Below the pieces are notes generated by a model. It was not told where the DNA came from. It was given only the letters and a program-made list of their open reading frames with translations, and ran no database searches. Shown piece by piece: positions 9,348 through 18,267 of a DNA stretch of 32,000 nucleotides (the first letter of the stretch is position 1; each line of letters begins with the position of its first letter). Location: NCBI RefSeq assembly GCF_001735745.1, contig NZ_CP017260.1, positions 720,001-752,000 of the forward strand, read 5' to 3'. Made by a program: the position numbers and the translations under genes. The DNA comes from Formosa sp. Hel1_33_131 (GTDB taxonomy: Bacteria; Bacteroidota; Bacteroidia; Flavobacteriales; Flavobacteriaceae).

Positions 9348-9442
9348 TCTGAAAAACCATATTAAAAAGATAAAAAACTTTGCTTTGTCAACCTGAAATT
9401 AATTAAAAATAAAAGATTTTCCAGTTTTTAGACAACCTCTTT

Positions 9443-9508
9443 GTGACCCAGGAAGGATTATTGCAGGACCCCAAAAAGCGCCGCTTTGAAAATAGCACAA
9501 ACAAAACC
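9443..9508. repeat. Dispersed intergenic element, copy A, including a 17-nt tRNA-Arg 3'-end-like segment
   Basis: 9443..9459 gtgacccaggaaggatt matches 24442..24458 gtgacccagaagggatt at 15/17 positions, ungapped and in the same orientation. It is followed by gaccccaaaaagcgccgctttgaaaatagcacaaacaaaac, which aligns to the core of the 24120 repeat unit. Confidence 0.65.
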
Positions 9509-9569
9509 CAATTAATTGCGCTTTATTTTAGGACGTTACAAGAATAATTAAACAAGTTTTTTTTTATCC

Positions 9570-12500
9570 TTATCTTTTAATCACTCTTTTTAGTGTCGTT
9601 TTATTCACTTTTAGCATATAAACGCCTGTTTTCAAGTTGCTGGCGTCAATGTTTACTTTCTTATCATTGACCGTTTGCTCTAATACTTTTTGACCTAATA
9701 AGTTAAAAAGTGTGAGCGTATTAATGACCCTTGAAGACTCAACAGTCCACTTAGAAGTTGTTGGGTTTGGATATATACTCACACTGTTAATTTCTGTAGA
9801 ATCTAATCCTAAAACTTCTGTGACAGTTACCGTACGTGTTACTTCAACTGCTGCATTGCCAGAGGCATCGCTAACATTATAAGTGACTGTATATGTGCCT
9901 AAAGTTGTAGTATCTACCGTATCTCCTCCTACAACAACCGTGAGTGCGGGGTCGTAGTTGTCGGTCGCTGTAGCGCCTTGCTCCGTATATGTTGCTCCTA
10001 CTTCTATCGTCACTGTAGGTTCCCCTGTTAAAGTAATCACTGGAACAGTGGTATCCACAACACTCACGGTTATTGTAACTTGTACGGCGGCATTGCCATT
10101 AGAATCTGATACATTGTAAGTGACTGTGTAAGTGTCTACTATAGCTGTATTTACTGCATCTCCTCCTACAACAACCGTGAGTGCGGAGTCGTAGTTGTCG
10201 GTCGCTGTAGCGCCTTGCTCCGTATATGTTGCTCCTACTTCTATCGTCACTGTAGGCTCCCCTGTTAAGGTAATCACTGGAACAGTGGTGTCCACAACAC
10301 TGACAATTCTTGTAACTTGTACGGCGGCATTGCTATTAGAATCTGATACATTATAAGTGACTGTGTAAGTCCCTACTATAGACGTATCTACTGTATCTCC
10401 TCCTACAACAACTGTGAGTGCGGGGTCGTAGTTGTCGGTCGCTGTAGCGCCTTGATCCGTATATGTTGCTCCTACTTCTGTCGTCACTGTAGGTTCTCCT
10501 GTTAAAGTAATCAATGGAACAGTGGTGTCCACAACACTGACAATTCTTGTAACTTGTACGGCGGCATTGCTATTAGAATCTGATACATTGTAAGTGACTG
10601 TGTAAGTCCCTACTATAGACGTATCTACTGTATCACCTCCTACAACAACTGTGAGTGCGGGGTCGTAGTTGTCGGTCGCTGTAGCGCCTTGATCCGTATA
10701 TGTTGCTCCTACTTCTATCGTCACTGTAGGATTTCCTACCAAATTGATTGTTGGAGCTGCTGTATCTATAACCAGCGCTTTGTTTGCGCCAAGAGAATTG
10801 GCGTTCCCAGGACTCACTAAGGTTAAAGTCGCATTATTTGTAGCTGCATCTTTAATAGTGCCTGAGTTTAATGCAAGTGCGCTCGTATCTACATAATCTA
10901 AATCAATAGAGTTGTGACCAACTGCTACTGTATAATTAAAAATTAAGGTGTTACTACCTGTTCCAGAGCTATAGTTGACCACCACATCATTGCTTCCGGT
11001 CTCTAAAGTTAATGTTGGAGTTTCTATTACGTTGACTACTTCACTAAAAGTAACGGCTACTGGAATGACCTCATCAATTGTGTAAGAACCATCTGTCTTG
11101 GTAGAGGTTACATTAGTTACCGTGGGAGCTACACTGTCAAACGTCCAGTTAAATTGACTCGCAGCAATATTATTGTTGTTATTAGAACTGTCGCTAAAAG
11201 TGCCTGCGGCAACATTTATAGTACAAACGCCCTGTTCAGTTGGTGTGAATATAACTGTGTAAGTTGTTCCACTTCCAACAAAGGAGCTTAAAGTGCCATT
11301 AGTCACAGTAATATCGCTTTCCTCAAAATTAGAAGTTGATAATCCCGCAGTAAAAGTTAAAGTTATAGTAGCATCGTTTGTGGAAAATCCATCAGCGACT
11401 CCACTAATATTACTTGCTATTTCAATAGTGGGCACTTGACCAAGATCTGTAATATTCCAGTTTTTTGTTTCTGTGAGATACGTTTTTGAGGTAGCATCAA
11501 TGTATCTACTAGAAACAGTAATCGTAATATCTGAATTAATAGCACTGTTGTTGGCTTGACTGTAAAGGAAAACATCATAATTTTCTGTAGATAATCCCGC
11601 ATTGGAAAACATATCTATCATATTAATCACATTCGCTAGATTCCAAGAATTCCCATTGTGGGCAAGCGGTTGATTAAAAGCAGAAGCAGCATGAAACATG
11701 CCTCGCATATTAGCCACTACAGCGGTGTTCCATGAACCTATATTTTGATTAAAAGCACTCGCCAGCTGAAACATATCTTGCATATTAGTCACTGCAGCAG
11801 TATTCCATGAACCTATATTTTGATTAAAAGCATAAGCTGCCCTAAACATACTTACCATATTAGTCACTGCAGCAGTATTCCATGAACCTATATTTTGATT
11901 AAAAGCAGTTGAACCTTCAAACATAGCAGCCATATTAGTTACTGCAGCGGTATTCCAAGAAGAACCACTAGTATTAATTGCTTGATTAAAAGCTTGAGCT
12001 TGCCAAAACATATAACCCATATTGGTAACTGCAGTGGTATTCCATGAGGTTATATCTTGATCAAAAACTCGGGCATTATTAAACATACCGTACATATTAT
12101 TCACTGCGCCAGTATTCCAAGAGGATATAGTTCCGTTAAAAGAAGTAGCACCACTAAACATTTCTCTCATATTGGTAACAGCAGCGGTGTTCCATGAGTC
12201 TCCACTTGTATTAATTGCTTGATTAAAAGAAGAGGCATCATGAAACAGACTTGTCATATTAGTTACATTAGCGGTATTCCATAAGGTTATATCTTGATTA
12301 AAAACAGTAGCACTTAAAAACATATAAGTCATCTTGGTAACTGCAGATGTATCCCAAGAAGATATATTTCCATTAAAAGCAGAAGCACTTCTAAATAAAC
12401 CATTCATATCAGTCACATTACTCACATTCCAACTATTTCCACTAGTGTTGATATCTTGATTAAAAGCAGAAGCCTCACGAAACATTTCAGGCATAAAAGT

Positions 12501-14186
12501 CACTGCAACAGTATTCCACCCCGTTATATTTCCATTAAAAGCAGTAGCACTTCTAAACATTTCTCTCATATTGGTAACAGCAGCAGTATTCCAAGAACCT
12601 ATAGTTCCGTTAAAAGCAGAAGCACCCATAAACGTACCTTCCATATTAGTAACAGTAGAAGTATTCCAATCGTTTAAAGTAGTTCCCACTAAACTTGTAC
12701 AATCTCGAAATGCCGAGCTCATATTAGTTGTTAATGAAAGATCTGGCTCATCAGTTGCCGGAATAGTTAAATTCGTAGCTCCCTTAAAAGCACTATTAAA
12801 AGTTTCCCATTTTCCCTCTCCCCAGTTTGTGATGGTTCTAATAAGAGTTCTAGAAGCATGATTACCATTCATGTATATTTTTCCAATGTCTTTTGCCGAA
12901 TCATTTACCTGTACGGTAATTGTTTTGATTCCATCAGAGGCATAGGTGTGTGTTGGGAAACCACCTCCTGTCACATTGGAGTCAGTATTATCATCTCCCC
13001 AGTCAATAGTAATATTAGCGTACTCTTTTAAAGGCAATTCAAATGTTAAATCAGAACTTGTAAGTTCCCAAGTAGAAATAAAATATGAACAAGTTCCCCA
13101 TGCAGGCTTGTTCGTATTCAATAAACCTGACGAGTTGCTAAAATAATTGGGTTCTGAAGAAATATTAGAAACACACCATCCAGTTAAATCTTGATTAAAA
13201 TCATCAGCATCAAAAAACATAGCCTCCATATTAGTCACTGTTGTGGTATTCCACGAAGATATGTCTCCATTAAAATCAGAACTATAACCAAACATATAAT
13301 ACATATTTGTTACTTTAGATGTATCCCAACCTCCAATTTCTTGATTGAATGTTCCTGCGCTCATAAACATCCCAGACATGGTAGTCACAGCACCGGTATT
13401 CCAAGAAGAACCACTAGTATTAATGTTTCGATTAAAAACAGTGTTTTTGAACATATTTCTCATAGTAGTCACATTACTTGTATTCCAAGAAGATATGTCT
13501 CCATTAAAAAGAGAAGCATCATGAAACGTAGCATCTAAAGAAGTCACTACAGATGTGTTCCAATCGTTTAAAGTTAAGCCCACTAAACTTGGACATTCAT
13601 TAAAAGCATGAGACATTGAAGTTACTAAAGAAAGATCTGGCTCATCAGTCGCTGGAATAGTTAAATGAGTAGCTCCCTTAAAAGCGTAATGAAAAGACTC
13701 CCATTTTCCTTCTCCCCAGTTTGCTATAGTTCTAATTAAAGTACTAGAAGCATGAGCATTTAGATACATTTCTCCAATATCTTTTGTTAAAGGATCATTT
13801 ACCATAACTGTTATGGTTTTAGTACCTGCGGCTGAGTAAGTATGGCTTTGCATGGTACCATCCGTATGGGTTGTAGATGTACCATCTCCCCAATCAATAG
13901 TAATATCGTCGTAATCTTTTAAAGGCAGTTCAAATGTTAAATCAGAACTTGTAAGTTCCCAAGTAGAAATAAAGTCATTATGATTGTCATACCTATCAAT
14001 AGTATTTTCAAGTTCTGAATCAGAAATTAGATCCGTATTCGCTGCAGTAACAGAATAACCACCATCGGCAGGGCTATCAGTGGTATTAAAACTATACGTA
14101 TGGGGGTTTGCTAAAACAACTTTGGAAGTGTTCTCATTGAACGCCGATAGACTGATCAGCAAAAAAGCTAAAATAAAATAGCGCAT
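9570..14186 (-). CDS. Giant T9SS-secreted surface protein: DUF285/BspA-type 26-residue repeats, Ig-like domains and a type A C-terminal sorting domain
   Basis: 1538 aa with signal peptide MRYFILAFLLISLSAF. About 20 units of F..A..FN..I..WNT..VT.M..MF. Four near-identical 79-aa Ig-like units (GATYTDQGATATDNYD...TYTVTYNVSD). The C-terminus SIYPNPTTSKWTVE...GVYMLKVNKTTLKRVIKR is a Por_Secre_tail-type CTD. Confidence 0.85.
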   Translation of the reverse strand: MRYFILAFLLISLSAFNENTSKVVLANPHTYSFNTTDSPADGGYSVTAANTDLISDSELENTIDRYDNHNDFISTWELTSSDLTFELPLKDYDDITIDWGDGTSTTHTDGTMQSHTYSAAGTKTITVMVNDPLTKDIGEMYLNAHASSTLIRTIANWGEGKWESFHYAFKGATHLTIPATDEPDLSLVTSMSHAFNECPSLVGLTLNDWNTSVVTSLDATFHDASLFNGDISSWNTSNVTTMRNMFKNTVFNRNINTSGSSWNTGAVTTMSGMFMSAGTFNQEIGGWDTSKVTNMYYMFGYSSDFNGDISSWNTTTVTNMEAMFFDADDFNQDLTGWCVSNISSEPNYFSNSSGLLNTNKPAWGTCSYFISTWELTSSDLTFELPLKEYANITIDWGDDNTDSNVTGGGFPTHTYASDGIKTITVQVNDSAKDIGKIYMNGNHASRTLIRTITNWGEGKWETFNSAFKGATNLTIPATDEPDLSLTTNMSSAFRDCTSLVGTTLNDWNTSTVTNMEGTFMGASAFNGTIGSWNTAAVTNMREMFRSATAFNGNITGWNTVAVTFMPEMFREASAFNQDINTSGNSWNVSNVTDMNGLFRSASAFNGNISSWDTSAVTKMTYMFLSATVFNQDITLWNTANVTNMTSLFHDASSFNQAINTSGDSWNTAAVTNMREMFSGATSFNGTISSWNTGAVNNMYGMFNNARVFDQDITSWNTTAVTNMGYMFWQAQAFNQAINTSGSSWNTAAVTNMAAMFEGSTAFNQNIGSWNTAAVTNMVSMFRAAYAFNQNIGSWNTAAVTNMQDMFQLASAFNQNIGSWNTAVVANMRGMFHAASAFNQPLAHNGNSWNLANVINMIDMFSNAGLSTENYDVFLYSQANNSAINSDITITVSSRYIDATSKTYLTETKNWNITDLGQVPTIEIASNISGVADGFSTNDATITLTFTAGLSTSNFEESDITVTNGTLSSFVGSGTTYTVIFTPTEQGVCTINVAAGTFSDSSNNNNNIAASQFNWTFDSVAPTVTNVTSTKTDGSYTIDEVIPVAVTFSEVVNVIETPTLTLETGSNDVVVNYSSGTGSNTLIFNYTVAVGHNSIDLDYVDTSALALNSGTIKDAATNNATLTLVSPGNANSLGANKALVIDTAAPTINLVGNPTVTIEVGATYTDQGATATDNYDPALTVVVGGDTVDTSIVGTYTVTYNVSDSNSNAAVQVTRIVSVVDTTVPLITLTGEPTVTTEVGATYTDQGATATDNYDPALTVVVGGDTVDTSIVGTYTVTYNVSDSNSNAAVQVTRIVSVVDTTVPVITLTGEPTVTIEVGATYTEQGATATDNYDSALTVVVGGDAVNTAIVDTYTVTYNVSDSNGNAAVQVTITVSVVDTTVPVITLTGEPTVTIEVGATYTEQGATATDNYDPALTVVVGGDTVDTTTLGTYTVTYNVSDASGNAAVEVTRTVTVTEVLGLDSTEINSVSIYPNPTTSKWTVESSRVINTLTLFNLLGQKVLEQTVNDKKVNIDASNLKTGVYMLKVNKTTLKRVIKR
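9815..10760 (-). repeat. Tandem 237-bp (79-aa) coding repeat x4, Ig-like (DUF5011-type) units
   Basis: The marker gtaatcac(t/a) recurs at 10033, 10270 and 10507, an exact 237-nt period. The protein units differ at only a few residues. Confidence 0.9.
11590..12690 (-). repeat. Array of ~14 78-bp (26-aa) DUF285-type coding repeats (module 2)
   Basis: Recurrent ...AFNQNIGSWNTAAVTNM..MF... Three central units (about 11700-11960) are nearly identical at nucleotide level. Confidence 0.85.
13145..13585 (-). repeat. Array of ~6 78-bp DUF285-type coding repeats (module 1)
   Basis: Units anchored by DWNT, SWNT, SWNT, GWDT, SWNT and GWCV in the first copy of the duplicated N-terminal module. Confidence 0.8.
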
Positions 14187-14207
14187 ATGTTAAATTGGTT
14201 AATGCTA

Positions 14208-14215
14208 CAAATATA
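14208..14215 (-). promoter_or_regulatory. -7 box TATATTTG for the 1538-aa adhesin gene
   Basis: The coding-strand sequence cacTATATTTGtagc lies 22 nt upstream of ATG 14186. It sits inside a module shared with the second adhesin gene. Confidence 0.45.
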
Positions 14216-14256
14216 GTGAACTATTTATGAATCATATCGCAACCTGTGAGTAGAGC

Positions 14257-14290
14257 AAAAAAAAGAGACGATCTGAAAAGTCTTTTTCTT
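14257..14290 (-). terminator. Weak AT-rich hairpin plus T-run after the lipoprotein gene
   Basis: The minus strand reads aaaaagac-ttttcagatc-gtctctttttttt. There are only 4 strong pairs plus A-T extension with a bulge. Confidence 0.3.
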
Positions 14291-14344
14291 GTCAAGTTGA
14301 CACTGAAATACTGAAACAAGTTCTGCACAGGAACATCCAGCATG

Positions 14345-14390
14345 GTAGGATTAGGTTGGGATCCCACAAAACTCCGCTTTGAAAATTGTG
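14345..14390. repeat. Dispersed intergenic element, copy B
   Basis: gtaggattaggttgggatcccacaaaactccgctttgaaaattgt aligns to ggggattagctgcgctgatcccacaaagctccgctttgaaaatagt at 24113. It lies about 160-205 nt upstream of the adhesin-1 start codon. Confidence 0.65.
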
Positions 14391-14466
14391 ACGTCCTGAA
14401 ATAGTGTTACATTATTACTAATTATCTTGGGAGTAAATTGTGACCAAAACTTCGAATATTCAAAAC

Positions 14467-15015
14467 TTAATTAATGATACCAAACGTTTCGCTTATTGAT
14501 TTCACAAACTGTGGGACGTCTTCAACTGTGAAATAAAAATCAACTTTAAAACGATTTTTTTTAATTTTTTTTAACTTTAAAACGCCTTTTCTAATTGGGA
14601 AATAGCCCGTGCTTTCTCTTGAACAGAAACATATTCGACCAAATATAGCATCCACCTCTGCTAGAGATTCATCTTTTAAAACCATGTTTTGATCCAGTTC
14701 ACCTATGTTTAAATAAATCACCTCATAATAACCACTATCTGCAGTTCCTTGAATTTCGTCGCGCTCATACTTAAACATTAATAAGCTTGATTTGCTTTCT
14801 TCCAAAGTGATATATGAATTATTGAATTTATCGTGTTCAATTTTTGCACTTTTATTGTCTAAAATTTCTAAAGAACAGTCCCCGTTTTCTGGACAATTAT
14901 TAAAAAATTGAACCGAGGAGTTTGATGTGTCAGTGGGCTTATTTGTTGATTTACAACCAACTAATAATAAAAGAACAAACATCAACTTTTTATGTGAATA
15001 AAGCATTTTAAGCAT
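14467..15015 (-). CDS. Lipoprotein of unknown function
   Basis: 182 aa with a lipobox: KKLMFVLLLLVGC followed by KSTNK. I recognised no family motif. Confidence 0.6.
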   Translation of the reverse strand: MLKMLYSHKKLMFVLLLLVGCKSTNKPTDTSNSSVQFFNNCPENGDCSLEILDNKSAKIEHDKFNNSYITLEESKSSLLMFKYERDEIQGTADSGYYEVIYLNIGELDQNMVLKDESLAEVDAIFGRICFCSRESTGYFPIRKGVLKLKKIKKNRFKVDFYFTVEDVPQFVKSISETFGIIN

Positions 15016-15046
15016 AAACTATAATTGTAATCTGGAAATATAGTGA

Positions 15047-15054
15047 TATTTTTG
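15047..15054 (+). promoter_or_regulatory. -7 box TATTTTTG for the metalloprotease gene
   Basis: Matches TAnnTTTG and lies 24 nt upstream of ATG 15078. Confidence 0.45.
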
Positions 15055-15077
15055 TAAGAACCAATTAATTAACTTTT

Positions 15078-17801
15078 ATGAAAACAAATTACACAACTCG
15101 TTTGTCGATCCTTTTATTTTTTATCTTTTCATTAAATTCATTTGCGCAAAAAGATCGTTCATTTTGGATTCAGACTTCAAAAGAAAACACTTCTAAAAAG
15201 GAACTTAAACTCCGAAAAACCAATCCTGAAAAAGCACAGTATTTCAATTTAAATATTGATGCATTAAAGAACCATTTAACAGATGCTCCACAAAGAAATA
15301 GCACGGAAAATACCTCCGAAAAGCTTGTGGACTTTCCAACTGCAAATGATTCTTTCGAAACTTTTAGTGTTATGGAAGCTTCTGTTTTAGAGAAGCCGCT
15401 ACAAGATAAATACCCCAACATAAAAACTTATGTCGGAAAAAGTATTTCAAACCCTTCGAATACCATTCGGTTCAGTATCACAGCACAAGGGCTTCATAGT
15501 ATGTCTTTCAAAGCGGGTTCTGGCACGGAGTTTATTGACCCATACACCAAAGATTCAGAGGCATATATTGTTTATTCTAAAAAAGATTTACCTGTTTTGG
15601 ATGAACCATGGATTTGTGAATTTGATGATGATACAGCAACAAATACACAACAGCGAAATGCAGCTAATATGAGTTACTTCAATGCGAATGATGGGATGAT
15701 GCGTGATTTTAGATTGGCATTGGCCTGTACTGTTGAATACGCTCAATTTCAATGGACTGCTGCCGGATTATTGGCATCAGACACTGAAGCTAACAAAAAA
15801 GCGGCCGTACTGGCGGCTATGGTAGTTACCATTAACAGAAATAATTTTATTTACGAAAGAGATTTATCAGTCACCATGACCATTGTTGCCAATAACGAAA
15901 GTGTTATTTTCATTGATTCAGATAATTTTTCAAATAGCAGTGCTGGTGCATTAATAAGTGAAAGTCAAACCGTAATTGATGCTAACATAGGTTCTGCTAA
16001 CTATGACATTGGCCACACCTTTTCTACAGGTGGTGGTGGTCTGGCCTCTCTGAACTCTCCTTGTACTGGATCCAAAGCAAGAGGAATTACTGGATCTCCG
16101 AACCCTGTTGGAGATCCTTATGATGTGGATTATGTCGCTCATGAAATTGGACATCAATTTGGTGCGCCGCACACATTCAATGGAAATTCTGGTAACTGTG
16201 CAGGAAACAGAACAGCTTCTAATGCTTATGAACCAGGAAGTGGATCAACAATTATGGCTTATGCTGGGATTTGCGCACCGCAAAATATTCAATCCAATAG
16301 CGATGCTTATTTTCATCAAAAAAGTTTGCAAATGATGTGGGATAATATCTCTACTGGAAATAGCAACTGTGCGACACAAACGGCTACAGGAAATGCTGCA
16401 CCAACGTCTAATGCTGGTAACGATTACAACATTCCTGCCTCTACTCCTTACAAATTAACGGGTACTTCGACGGATACGGACGGAATTACAACACACACCT
16501 ACACTTGGGAACAATACGACTTAGGTCCTTCTGGTTTGCCTGTAGAATCAAACACCTCTGGACCACTGGTTCGCTCATATGAAGGGACAAACGACACAAG
16601 CAGATACATTCCAAGAATGTCAGACATCCTTGCAAATGGAGGCGTATCTACTGAGTGGGAAAAATTGGCTTCTGTAAATCGTGACCTAAATTTTAAACTC
16701 ACCGTCAGAGATAATGACATCAGTGGAGGGCAGACAGCAACAGCCCAGATGACCGCTACGGTAGTCTCAGCTGCTGGCCCATTTGTGGTGACCTCTCAAA
16801 ATGTCAATGGTCAATCTTTGGTCGCTGGTGCAACAGAAACAATCACATGGAGTGTAGCTGGCACTACAGCAAATGGAGTAAATGAAGCCAATGTGGATAT
16901 TTTATTATCTACAGACGGACTCAACTACGATACCGTTTTGGCGGCTAATGTCCCAAACGATGGAAGTCATAACATTACTGTTCCAAATGTGGCTTCAGAT
17001 AGCTGCCGCATAATGGTAGCAGCATCTGATAATATTTTCTTTAACATCAACACGCAAAACATCACTATTGGCCTACAAGAAAGCTGTAATACCTACGCTT
17101 CTGAGACCTCTTTAAACTTAGCCATACCAGATGGCATAGCTGCTAATGCTCCTGGCGAACCTCTTGTTGTGGGTGTAAATGTTACTGAAGTTGCTACAAT
17201 TTCAGATGTAAACTTTAATATTGACATTTCACACGATTACTTAGACGATCTTGTTATAGTTGTACAACATCCAGATGGAACACAGGCAGTTGTGTACAAT
17301 AGAAATTGTGGAAGCGAAATAGATTTAGATATTACTTTTGATGATGAGGCATCAACAGCAATAGCATGTGCAAATCCTACAATTGGCACTTATAAGTCAA
17401 ATTTAAATTCTTTATCTAATTTTAATGGGAAAGACACTGCTGGAGTCTGGTACATTGCTGTTTTAGACTATTACAGTGGAGATCCCGGAATCTTAAACGA
17501 TTATACTTTAGAAATTTGTTCATCTTCACCTTTATCAATAGAAGAAAATAAACTGAGTGATTTACGTGTTTTTCCAAACCCGAATAATGGCTCATTCACT
17601 GTTGGGTTTGATCCAAAGTCTGGACAAAACATATCTGTACAGGTTTATGACATTAGAGGAAGACTGATGTATACAAACACATACAACAGCGTCAATCGAT
17701 TTGAAGAAGTCATTAACTTAAATAACGCACAATCGGGTGTCTATTTACTTCAAATTTCTGATGGTTCACAAAAAGTCACGAAGAAAATAATAGTGAATTA
17801 A
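15078..17801 (+). CDS. Secreted zinc metalloprotease (reprolysin/M12B-like) with proprotein-convertase P-domain and T9SS type A CTD
   Basis: 907 aa with signal peptide LSILLFFIFSLNSFAQ. Zinc site VAHEIGHQFGAPHTF (HEIGH at 16140..16154). P-domain-like segment LDDLVIVVQHPDGTQAVVYNRNCG...GKDTAGVWYIAVLDYYSGDPGILNDYTLEIC. C-terminus LRVFPNPNNGSFTV...GVYLLQISDGSQKVTKKIIVN. Confidence 0.85.
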   Translation: MKTNYTTRLSILLFFIFSLNSFAQKDRSFWIQTSKENTSKKELKLRKTNPEKAQYFNLNIDALKNHLTDAPQRNSTENTSEKLVDFPTANDSFETFSVMEASVLEKPLQDKYPNIKTYVGKSISNPSNTIRFSITAQGLHSMSFKAGSGTEFIDPYTKDSEAYIVYSKKDLPVLDEPWICEFDDDTATNTQQRNAANMSYFNANDGMMRDFRLALACTVEYAQFQWTAAGLLASDTEANKKAAVLAAMVVTINRNNFIYERDLSVTMTIVANNESVIFIDSDNFSNSSAGALISESQTVIDANIGSANYDIGHTFSTGGGGLASLNSPCTGSKARGITGSPNPVGDPYDVDYVAHEIGHQFGAPHTFNGNSGNCAGNRTASNAYEPGSGSTIMAYAGICAPQNIQSNSDAYFHQKSLQMMWDNISTGNSNCATQTATGNAAPTSNAGNDYNIPASTPYKLTGTSTDTDGITTHTYTWEQYDLGPSGLPVESNTSGPLVRSYEGTNDTSRYIPRMSDILANGGVSTEWEKLASVNRDLNFKLTVRDNDISGGQTATAQMTATVVSAAGPFVVTSQNVNGQSLVAGATETITWSVAGTTANGVNEANVDILLSTDGLNYDTVLAANVPNDGSHNITVPNVASDSCRIMVAASDNIFFNINTQNITIGLQESCNTYASETSLNLAIPDGIAANAPGEPLVVGVNVTEVATISDVNFNIDISHDYLDDLVIVVQHPDGTQAVVYNRNCGSEIDLDITFDDEASTAIACANPTIGTYKSNLNSLSNFNGKDTAGVWYIAVLDYYSGDPGILNDYTLEICSSSPLSIEENKLSDLRVFPNPNNGSFTVGFDPKSGQNISVQVYDIRGRLMYTNTYNSVNRFEEVINLNNAQSGVYLLQISDGSQKVTKKIIVN

Positions 17802-17821
17802 TTATTTGAATTAAAAATTAG

Positions 17822-17852
17822 AAAAGCTCCTGTATTTAGGAGCTTTTTTTTT
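17822..17852 (+). terminator. Rho-independent terminator of the metalloprotease gene
   Basis: aaaagctcct-gtattt-aggagctttt forms a 10-bp stem with a 6-nt loop, followed by a T-run to 17852. It lies 20 nt after the stop codon. Confidence 0.8.
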
Positions 17853-17878
17853 GCTTATCTATTTCCAATCCAATGAGA

Positions 17879-18240
17879 CTATAAAATAAAAACAAAAACT
17901 TCAAAATTTAGCATTCCATTTTGGTCTGGGCTATAACAACTCAAATCTCCAAGCTTATATCCAAGAGTGCATGTGATTTTTGGTTCAATTCCATATGATG
18001 TTTCTCCTATTCAACCATTAATACTAACCGTTTGTAAACTAGGAGCATCTTCATCTCCAAACCATTGTTGACGCCCTGTTGTTCTTAATTTATTACAATT
18101 AGAAACACCAGCCATAGAGAGGGGTGTAAAACATAGTAGTTATCGGTTAATTAGTCCGAGTACATTGGCAATTCTTCCTGAGAATTAATAGTCTGTGTTA
18201 CTAAAGCTAAGATTGCTACAAACACAAGTTTTTTAAATAA
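17879..18240 (-). pseudogene. Degraded PorP/SprF-like T9SS outer-membrane protein gene remnant
   Basis: There is no ORF of 60 aa or more in this region. About 25 nt downstream of the type B adhesin stop, the minus strand reads (no ATG) ..KKLVFVAILALVTQTINSQEELPMYSD*. After a frame change it reads LINR*LLCFTPLSMAGVSNCNKLRTTGRQQWFGDEDAPSLQTVSING*IGETSYGIEPKI...NFEVFVFIL*. The signal peptide and the R.QW.G...AP..QT.S segment resemble PorP/SprF N-terminal regions. Only ~120 codons remain, with at least 3 stops or frame breaks. Confidence 0.45.
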
Positions 18241-18267
18241 AATAATAAATTATCTTTTAAGCTGAAT

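Noticed and set aside
12456-13538. Plus-strand ORFs (66-115 aa) inside adhesin 1.
   Set aside because: They are antisense to the DUF285-type repeat array. They are Ser/Ile/His-rich, periodic and low in complexity, so they are repeat artefacts.
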